Assembly (NCBI GenBank): GCA_963713375.1
Contig: CAVQLP010000010.1
Coordinates: 7,969-71,968 of the forward strand
Direction of reading: 5' to 3'
DNA: 64,000 bases
From: an uncultured Acidimicrobiaceae bacterium
GTDB lineage: Bacteria; Actinomycetota; Acidimicrobiia; Acidimicrobiales; RAAP-2
Positions 21,710 to 32,037 of the stretch are shown in pieces. A program made the position numbers and the translations under genes. The notes beneath the pieces were generated by a model that did no database searches, was not told the origin of the DNA, and saw only the letters and a list, made by a program, of their open reading frames with translations. Each line of letters begins with the position of its first letter. The first letter of the stretch is position 1.

Positions 21710-24153
21710 ATGGTGACTCGATTCCGGACGTACTGCCGGACGGTTCTGGCCGGAGCATTGGTCTTCGCGGGGGTGATGGTCGTCTCGGTGATAGGCGGTC
21801 CGCAGCCCGCCCTGCCGGCTTCCGCAACCCCGCCGTCCGCCTGGACCGCCTATGTCGTGAGCTACACCAACGACGCCGTCATCCCAATCAACACGGCGAC
21901 GGACGCGTTGGGCGCCCCGATCACCGTCGGAAGTGGGCCCTCGGCCATCGCCATCACGCCTGATGCCACCACCGCCTACGTCACCGACGAGGGCACCACG
22001 AATACCGCTCCGGGCTTCGTCACCCCCATCGATCTCTTGACGAACACGCCGGGCACGCCCATTCCGGTGGGGTCCGGGCCCGACGCCATCGCGATCACTC
22101 CCAACGGACTCACCGCGTACGTGGGCAACTACAACGACGACACCGTCACCCCGATCAACCTCGCGACCAACACGCCCGGCACGCCCATTCCGGTTGGCGC
22201 TGCGCCCACAGCTATCAGCATCAGCCCCGACGGCTCTACCGCCTACGTGACTCAGGCCTATGCGGACGATGACATCCCGATCAACACCGCCACCAACAAG
22301 GCCGGTGCCGGCATCCTCAATACCTACAACGGCTTCGCATCGGCCATCACCCCCGACGGCTCGACCCTCTACACACCGGACTTCACGTACAACGGTGTGG
22401 CGACTCTCGACCCGGCGACCGATGCCCGAGGAAGCATCGCCGCGCTCGACGACCCTGAGGGTGTCGCCATCACCCCCGACGGCGCCACCGCCTACGTCAC
22501 CTACGCCAATACCTTCGCGCCCAGCGGCGACCAGGCGAGTCTGCTCCCCATCGACACCGCCACCGGCACTGCCGGGAACACCGATCGCCCTGGGCACCAG
22601 TGCGGCCGAAGGCATCGCCATCACCCCCGACGGCGCCACTGCCTTCGTGACCGACCAACTGAGCGGCACCGTCACCCCGGTGGAACTGTCATCGGGCACG
22701 GCCGGCACCCCGATCTCGCTCGGGACGAGCGGGACCAATCCGGTGGCCATCGCCATCACACCCGACCAAGCGCCAGTCGCTCATCTCAACGTCACCCTGG
22801 CGCCCAACGGTTCGCCCTCGACCTTCGACGCATCCGCGTCGACCGTGGCCTACGGGACCATCGCCTCTTACAAGTGGAACTTCGGTGACGGCACCACCGA
22901 GACGACGACGACACCGGTCGTCACTCATACCTACAACGGCGGGAGTTACACGGCATCGGTCACCGAGACCAGCTCGGCCGGCACCTCGACTTCCGAGGTG
23001 TTCACCGGTCAGACGGCCACGGCAAACGGAGGACCCCAGGCCACGGCCAGCGCCCTCGGGTCCGTGGCCGGTGGCGGTCCGATCGTGGCGGGCGTGACCC
23101 CGAACATCGGATCCACGGCCGGATCCACAGTGGTCACGATCACCGGATCGGGCTTCACCGGCGAGAGCGCAGTGGACGTCGGAGGTCAGACCGCCACCAA
23201 CGTCACCTTCAACAGTGACAGCTCGCTCACGGCCACCTTGCCGGCCCAGCCCGCCGGGATCCGACAACATCGTCGTCACGACGCCGATCGGATCGAGTTC
23301 CACAACGCCCGCGGATCAGTTCACCTACGAAGCGTCGGTGCCTCCAGTGAGCGTGACCTGTCAGACAAGCAACTGCCCCATTCCTGTCGTCCAGTTTGGT
23401 GACACCCAGGGCGATTCGACAACCGTGTCATCGACGGTGAGCTCCGACTGCAGCGTCTGCATGTATTCCTCTTCCACGGACTACAACTTGCCGACCCCCT
23501 GCACCGACGCCCAGGGATGTTGTCCCGACGGCATGAGTTACACGCAGGCGGAGATCTCGGTAGGCGAGTCGGACGACCAGAACACCTCCCCGCTCGACGT
23601 CCTGACCGAACAGATCGTCCAGGGGCAAGCCGCGTACGCGGAGGGCGTGCCATTTCCGCCTCCTCCGGTGACCCAGAGCACGGTGTGCGCGGAAGCTCAG
23701 GCGCTCTCGAGCGGGTCCTCCCCCAGCGCTCCGGGAAACGGGCCGAACGCGTCCCCCGCCAAGAAGAAGTTCGGCCAGGACCTCCTGCTCACAAAGTGTG
23801 CCAAACCGGCGGTTGCCCCCTGCGTGAAGAAGGTGGCGGTGAGCGGCCGAGACGTGGTCACGACAGTGATCGTGCCGGTGAACGAGTCCGTGACCTTGAC
23901 GGTCGGGCCCCAGGAGGAGACGTTCAAGAAGGTCTCGCCCCACAGTGGCGCTCCCGGATCGAACCTGACCATCAAGGGAACCAATCTCACCGAGGTGAAC
24001 GCCGTCACCATCGGCGGTGTCGAGGCTTCCATCGTGTCGGAGACGGCCAGGAAATTGGTCCTGACGGTTCCTCCGGGAGCCAGCACTGGGCTGATTACGC
24101 TCATCGGCTGGTCCGGAGATGTCACATCTCCATCGGTATTCACGGTGACCTGA
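21710..24153 (+). pseudogene. secreted YVTN beta-propeller repeat protein with PKD and two IPT/TIG domains and a Cys-rich insert; 2 frame changes (about 22570 and 23260)
   Basis: Signal MVTRFRTYCRTVLAGALVFAGVMVV. Repeated P.AIAITPDG.TAYVT..DDTVTPI (about 8 copies). PKD: YKWNFGDGTTE..HTY. IPT: IVAGVTPNIGSTAGSTVVTITGSGF, and the C-terminal FKKVSPHSGAPGSNLTIKGTNL..GLITLIGWSGDVTSPSVFTVT. Confidence 0.7.
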
Positions 24154-24581
24154 GTCGTTCCCTGGAATCCCCGTACCAGTAGCCGCCAGAACCGCAATCT
24201 CTGCGGGACGGCCTGTCAGCCGAGCACCTCAAGGAGCTGCCGACGCCACATTGGGATCGGTCGAACCCAGGACGATGCCGGCCAGTCCTTGCACAAGTTG
24301 TGCTGTCGAGCGGATCGAGGCGTTGGGCGAATGCGCCTCGGTGTTCAGAGCGTCCTCGGCCAGAGCCCGCGCCACCGGTTCACCGATCGACGTTGAACCC
24401 GAGGGCCCGCATCTGAGCGAAGTCGTCCCCGCTCCCCGGTCCGGTGGAGCGCCGCAGCGAGCACAGCGCCAGCGAGCGCGGCAGCCTGAAGGAAGCGAGG
24501 CTGGCGGCGCACGGCGCGGCAACGTAGCAGACGGTCCCTGGATCAAGTGGTCGGACACGATTGGTGGCACCCTCTCTGAAC

Positions 24582-24657
24582 TGGAGCCTGAGGTCAGATT
24601 CGAACTGACGACCTGCGCATTACGAGTGCGCTGCTCTACCGACTGAGCTACCCAGGC
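24582..24657 (-). tRNA. tRNA-Thr (anticodon CGT), CCA encoded
   Basis: Reverse complement: GCCTGGG TA GCTC AGTCGGTA GAGC A GCGCA CTCGTAA TGCGC AGGTC GTCAG TTCGAAT CTGAC CTCAGGC T CCA. This gives a full 76-nt cloverleaf. Confidence 0.95.
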
Positions 24658-24805
24658 CGGTCGGAGACCCGACGTCCACTGACTCGTGACGCCCGGTCTG
24701 ACCAGGTTGGACAGTGTAGGTCAGGCCGCCAGGAGGTCGGATCGACCTGGCCCCGCTGACATCGGCCCAGGACACCGACTGTTGCGGCGCTCGGGGACCG
24801 GCAAC

Positions 24806-25900
24806 TCAGGCGGCGAGGGCCGCCAGCCGCACGAAGAGCGACTGCAGGAGCAGCGTCTCGTTCGGGTTCCGGGGCAGCGCCTGCGTTACCTCCGTAATGA
24901 GGTCCACCGCCGCCGACGCGGCACGCACGTCCGGGTCGCCCACTCCCACCGCTCCGGAGCGCACCGCCCCCGCCACCTGGCTCCGGTACGTCCGGGCCAG
25001 GACGCCCAGTCCCGCCCGCAGGGCGTCCACCCGGAAGCGCCGCTCCTCACGCCCGAACTGGTCCGTGATCTCCTTGCGGCCCGGGAGCGCCCGCTCGCCC
25101 ATCTCCTTGGCCGCCTCGGTCAGCGTCTCGAGCTGGCGCTGGTGGGCCTCTCGTAGGGGCTCCACCGCGCGGTCGGCCGACTCGAGCACCTGTCGCACCA
25201 GCAGGGCCGCCGCGGTGCCCGAACCGCTCAGCGAGTCCGGCACCGACGCCCACAGCGCCACCCGTGCCGCCACGTCCGGGTCCTCCACCATCACCCGCGC
25301 CCGCTCCGGGTTGCCTCCGCTGCTGTCGGTCACCGCCGCCGCCAGGTCCGGCGCCACCCCGGCCGCTTCGAGCCAGTGCAGCAGGACGTCGCGCGACACC
25401 TGGGGGAAGGGCACCGTCACGCAGCGACTGGCGATGGTCACCAGGTCGTTGTTCATCTCGTCCGCCAGTAGGACGAACACGGTGTCACCCGGCGGCTCCT
25501 CCAGTGCCTTGAGCAGCACGGGTGCCCGGTCCTGGACCAGGTGCATGTCGGAGACCACGATCACCTGGCGGTCAGCCGCCAGCGGACGGTGGTGGGCCAG
25601 CGTGACCACCTGTCGCATCATCTCCTTGGAGACGGTGGCGCCACTCCGCCGCACCAGGTGGAGGTCGGGCGCCGTACCGGCCAGCGCGGCCCGGCAGGTC
25701 GCGCACGTCCCGCAGCCCCCGTCCGGGCAGAGCAGCGCGGCGGCGAAGCCCGAGGCCGCCGCCAAGCCACCGTTGCCCGAGTTGCCGACAAAGAGGTAGG
25801 CGTGCACCGGGTTGGCCACGGCCGCGCGCAGCGAGGCCACTGCCTCTTCCTGTCCCATCACTCCGGAGAAGAGCGATGGCGCCGGAAGGTCGTCGCTCAT
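24806..25900 (-). CDS. holB: DNA polymerase III subunit delta'
   Basis: HAYLFVGNSG.G, the zinc module CPDGGCGTCATC, LLKALEEPP and ASRC. Intact 364 aa, overlapping the tmk stop by 4 nt. Confidence 0.85.
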   Translation of the reverse strand: MSDDLPAPSLFSGVMGQEEAVASLRAAVANPVHAYLFVGNSGNGGLAAASGFAAALLCPDGGCGTCATCRAALAGTAPDLHLVRRSGATVSKEMMRQVVTLAHHRPLAADRQVIVVSDMHLVQDRAPVLLKALEEPPGDTVFVLLADEMNNDLVTIASRCVTVPFPQVSRDVLLHWLEAAGVAPDLAAAVTDSSGGNPERARVMVEDPDVAARVALWASVPDSLSGSGTAAALLVRQVLESADRAVEPLREAHQRQLETLTEAAKEMGERALPGRKEITDQFGREERRFRVDALRAGLGVLARTYRSQVAGAVRSGAVGVGDPDVRAASAAVDLITEVTQALPRNPNETLLLQSLFVRLAALAA

Positions 25901-26529
25901 CGGGTCATGGTCGGCGGGTCGCCGAGTCGATCGTGCACCGCTGCGACGATATGCGCCGTCAGCGCGCGCATGTCCTCCGTGCCGTCCACCACCACCCAGT
26001 GCTCGGGATCGGCCACGGCCTGGGTCAAGAACCCCTCGCGCACCCGCGACGCGAAATCGGTTCCCAGCCGCTCCAGGCGGTCCCCGCCCCCGTCAGCGGC
26101 AAGCCGCGCCGCGGCCACGTCGACTTCGACGTCGACCAGGATCGAGAGGTCGGCCGCCACCCCGCCTGTGGCGAACGCCACCACGCTGGCCAGCTCGTCG
26201 GGTGGGAGGCCACGCCCGTAGCCCTGGTAGGCGATGGTCGAGCCGGAGTAGCGGTCGCTCACCACCCAGGTTCCGGCGGCCAGCGCCGGCTCCACCACGG
26301 TGGCCACGTGCTCGGCCCGGTCGGCCGCCATCAGGAGCGCCTCGGTGCGCAGCGCCAGAGCGGGCCCGTCGGGATCGAGCAGGATCCGCCGCAGGGACTG
26401 GCCCACGGGCGTGGCCCCCGGCTCGTGGGTCAGCTCGGCGCCGAGGACGTCGGCCAGCGCCCGCGCCTGCGTCGACTTGCCACACCCGTCGATGCCCTCG
26501 AGCGCGAGGAGGCGTCCTCGGGCCGGCAC
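25897..26529 (-). CDS. tmk: dTMP kinase
   Basis: LALEGIDGCGKSTQ P-loop, DRY..S..AYQG, intact 210 aa. Confidence 0.9.
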   Translation of the reverse strand: MPARGRLLALEGIDGCGKSTQARALADVLGAELTHEPGATPVGQSLRRILLDPDGPALALRTEALLMAADRAEHVATVVEPALAAGTWVVSDRYSGSTIAYQGYGRGLPPDELASVVAFATGGVAADLSILVDVEVDVAAARLAADGGGDRLERLGTDFASRVREGFLTQAVADPEHWVVVDGTEDMRALTAHIVAAVHDRLGDPPTMTR

Positions 26530-26530
26530 G

Positions 26531-29341
26531 TCAGAACGGTTCGCTCAGTGAGGCCTTCATGTTGGGCGACTCGTCCGTCTCGGTCTTGCCCGCCGCTGCC
26601 TTGGTGGCGGACACCTTCTTGGCCGTCGTCTTCTTCGCCGCGCTCTTCTTGGCCGTGGCCTTCTTCGCCGTCGCCTTCTTCTTGGCCGGCGCCTTCTTGG
26701 CCGCCGACTTCTTCTTGCGGGTGGAGGGCCCCGCCGCCCGCCGATCGGCCAGGAGTTCAGAGGCCCGGTCCATGTCGATCGACTCCACCTCGTCGCCCTT
26801 GCGCAGGCTGGCGTTCGTGGTGCCGTCGGTCACGTACGGGCCGAAACGGCCCTCCTTGACCACGACGGGCAGGTTGGTCGTGGGATCCGTCCCGAGCTCG
26901 CGCAACGGCGCGGCCGCGGCACGGCCCCGGCGTTGCTTGGGCTGCGCGAAGAGGGCCTTGGCCTCGTCGAGCGTGACCGTGAGCAGCTGCTCCTCGCTGC
27001 TCAGGCTGCGGGTGTCCGCGCCCCGCTTGAGGTAGGGCCCGAAGCGCCCGTTGTGCGCGACGACGTCTTCGTTGGTCTCGGGGTCCGTCCCGACCACGCG
27101 CGGGATGAGCAGCAGTTCGAGGGCCTGCTCGAAGGTCAGGGTGGCCGGATCCATGGAGGCGAACAGCGACGCCGTCCGCGGCTTCTCCCCGCCCTCGGTC
27201 AACTCGCCCACCTGGACATAGGGACCGAAGCGGCCGGCCTTGACCTGCACGGCGAGCCCGGACTCCGGATGGGTGCCGAGCACGCGGTCGTTGGAGGGCG
27301 CGGCCAGGATGGCCTCGGCCCGCTCAATCGTCAGCTCGTCGGGAGCCAGGTCGTCGGGGATCGACGCCCGGTCCTCACCGCGCTGGAGGTAGGGCCCGTA
27401 GCGTCCGACCCGGGCCACGATCGCTTCGCCGTCGCTGCCGGTGCCCAGCGGAATCGAGTTGATCTCGCGGGCGTCGATCTCGCTCAGGTGGGTGGCCACA
27501 GTCGCCTTCAGGCCCAAGGTGTCCACCTCGGTCCCGTCGGTCGTCATGGCGCCCGGGGCCTCGCTGCCGAAGTAGAACCGGGTCAGCCAGGGCAGGGCCT
27601 CCTCGCTCCCCGATGCGATCCCGTCGAGGTCGTCCTCCATGGAGGCGGTGAATCCGTAGTCGACCAGGTTCGTGAAGTACCGCTCGAGCAGGCCGACCAC
27701 GGCGAAAGCGGTGAAGCTCGGCACGAGGGCCGTCCCCTTCTTCCACACGTAGCCGCGGTCGAGGATGGTCGAGATCACGCTGGCGTAGGTCGACGGGCGC
27801 CCCACGCCGAGCTCCTCCATCGCCTTGACCAGCGAGGCCTCCGTATAACGGGCCGGGGGCTGCGTGGTGTGCGAACCCGGTACGAAGTCGGTGCCGTCGA
27901 CCCGGTCGCCCTCGCGCAGCGCGGGCAGCACCATCTCCTCCGCGCTGTCGGTGTCCGGGTCGTCCTCGTCCCGACCCTCCTGGTAGGCCCGGAGGAATCC
28001 GGCAAAGGTGATCACCCGTCCGCTGGCCGAGAACTCGGCCCGCTGCCCGGCGGCGAGGCCCGAGGGGACGTCGGCCACCAGCCGCAGCTGCGCGCTGGTG
28101 CCGGTGGCGTCGTTCATCTGCGAGGCCACCGTGCGCATCCAGATCATCTCGTAGAGGCGGAGCTCGTCGCCGGTGAGCGCACGACCGACCTGATCCGGAG
28201 TACGGAAGGTCTCGCCCGACGGGCGGATGGCCTCGTGCGCCTCCTGCGCGTTCTTCACCTTGCGCTCGTAGCGCCGCGGGGTGTCGGGAACGAAGGCGTC
28301 CCCGTACATCTCGCGGGCCTGGCTGCGCGCCGCCGTGAGCGCCTGATCCGACAGGGTGGTCGAGTCGGTACGCATGTAGGTGATGTAGCCCTGCTCGTAG
28401 AGGCGCTGCGCCACCTGCATCGCCCGCTGCGCGCTGAAACGGAGCTTGCGCCCGGCCTCCTGTTGCAGCGTCGAGGTCATGAACGGCGGAGCCGGCGAGC
28501 GCCGGAAGGGGCGCTCGGTCACCGAGCTCACCGTGAACGTCTCTCCGGCCAGTGCGGTCGCCACCGAGGTGGCCTCCTCCTCGCCCAGGACGCGGACCTC
28601 GCTCCTGCTCGACTGGGCTCCCAGCTCGTCGAAATCCTTCCCGGTGGCGATGGTCGTCCCACCGAGGCTGATCAGGGACGCGCCGAAACCGGACGGTGCG
28701 GCCGCGTTGGTGAACGTGCCGTCGATCCCCCACCAGGTGGCGGAGCGGAACCGCATGCGGGCCCGTTCGCGCTCGACCACCATGCGGGTGGCCACGCTCT
28801 GCACCCGGCCGGCGGACAGGCGCGGCATCACCTTGCGCCACAGCACGGGCGACACCTCGTAGCCGTAGAGCCGGTCGAGGATGCGCCGCGCTTCTTGCGC
28901 GTCGACCAGACGGCGGTCCAGGTCGCGCCATTCGTCCACCGCGCGCGCAATTGCGGCCGGCGTGATCTCGTGGAAGACCATCCGCTTGACCGGGACGGTC
29001 GGCGACAGCACCTCGGACAGATGCCACGCGATCGACTCGCCCTCGCGGTCTTCGTCCGTCGCGAGGTAGAGCTCGTCCGCGCCCTTGAGGAGCTTCTTCA
29101 GATTGGCCACCACCGACTTCTTCGGCGCGGAGACGACGTAGAGCGGCTTGAAGCCGTTGTCGACGTCGACGCCCAGGCGGGCCCAGCTCTCGCCCTTGTA
29201 CGCGGCCGGCACCTCGTCGGCGCCGCGGGGGAGGTCGCGGATGTGACCGACCGACGACTCGACGATGAAGTCGGGCCCGAGCATCCCGCCGATGGTGCGC
29301 GCCTTGGCCGGCGACTCGACGATCACGAGCGCCTTACCCAT
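26531..29341 (-). CDS. topA: DNA topoisomerase I (type IA) with Lys-rich C-terminal tail
   Basis: MGKALVIVESPAKA (Toprim), LATDEDREGE, YITYMRTDS (active-site Tyr), C-terminal GRFGPY repeats, and a KKKSAAKKAPAKKKATAKK tail. Intact 936 aa. Confidence 0.97.
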   Translation of the reverse strand: MGKALVIVESPAKARTIGGMLGPDFIVESSVGHIRDLPRGADEVPAAYKGESWARLGVDVDNGFKPLYVVSAPKKSVVANLKKLLKGADELYLATDEDREGESIAWHLSEVLSPTVPVKRMVFHEITPAAIARAVDEWRDLDRRLVDAQEARRILDRLYGYEVSPVLWRKVMPRLSAGRVQSVATRMVVERERARMRFRSATWWGIDGTFTNAAAPSGFGASLISLGGTTIATGKDFDELGAQSSRSEVRVLGEEEATSVATALAGETFTVSSVTERPFRRSPAPPFMTSTLQQEAGRKLRFSAQRAMQVAQRLYEQGYITYMRTDSTTLSDQALTAARSQAREMYGDAFVPDTPRRYERKVKNAQEAHEAIRPSGETFRTPDQVGRALTGDELRLYEMIWMRTVASQMNDATGTSAQLRLVADVPSGLAAGQRAEFSASGRVITFAGFLRAYQEGRDEDDPDTDSAEEMVLPALREGDRVDGTDFVPGSHTTQPPARYTEASLVKAMEELGVGRPSTYASVISTILDRGYVWKKGTALVPSFTAFAVVGLLERYFTNLVDYGFTASMEDDLDGIASGSEEALPWLTRFYFGSEAPGAMTTDGTEVDTLGLKATVATHLSEIDAREINSIPLGTGSDGEAIVARVGRYGPYLQRGEDRASIPDDLAPDELTIERAEAILAAPSNDRVLGTHPESGLAVQVKAGRFGPYVQVGELTEGGEKPRTASLFASMDPATLTFEQALELLLIPRVVGTDPETNEDVVAHNGRFGPYLKRGADTRSLSSEEQLLTVTLDEAKALFAQPKQRRGRAAAAPLRELGTDPTTNLPVVVKEGRFGPYVTDGTTNASLRKGDEVESIDMDRASELLADRRAAGPSTRKKKSAAKKAPAKKKATAKKATAKKSAAKKTTAKKVSATKAAAGKTETDESPNMKASLSEPF

Positions 29342-29482
29342 GGCTCACCCCGGAGAGGGTCGGTCGGTTCGGGAATTCAGTGGGCATGATGAGGCACACA
29401 GTGCGGGCATCCCACCCGCCTGTCAAGAGCGCCCGGTCGCCGCGGCCTCGTCAACGAGGCACGGACCGGGTCGCTGACCAGG

Positions 29483-31810
<2,328 letters not shown>

Positions 31811-32037
31811 TCCCGGTGTGCCCTTTCTTCTTCTTCAGGTCGTGCGGGGAGTGGACGGAGCCGCCGTCCTCCCCCGGTGCGGCAGCAGTCGGCACCGCGT
31901 TGGTCGATGTCGTGAGTCCGGTCGGGGAGCGCGCCGACCCCGCGCACCCGTTTCCGGGCCGTCGGGACGTTAGCGACTGGGCACCCCCAGGGGCAATTTC
32001 ATTCGGTTTTCGTGCGCCAGAGGTGCCCTGAGCGCGC

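Noticed and set aside
21365-22759. 464-aa minus-strand ORF
   Set aside because: It is antisense to the YVTN repeat gene. Its repetitiveness just mirrors the sense-strand repeats.
24160-24581. Possible integrase or excisionase remnant next to tRNA-Thr (ORFs 24229..24570 minus and 24251..24646 plus)
   Set aside because: None of the frames I read shows recombinase signatures (no R..HxxR..Y pattern). One of the ORFs runs into the tRNA. The region is left unannotated.
26933-29389. 818-aa plus-strand ORF, plus the 550-aa ORF at 27375..29027
   Set aside because: These are antisense or off-frame shadows of the intact topA gene.
31811-32037. 227-nt leader upstream of hppA as a possible riboswitch
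   Set aside because: It contains only generic GC-rich hairpins, which are also compatible with the terminator of the upstream gene. I recognise no known riboswitch core.
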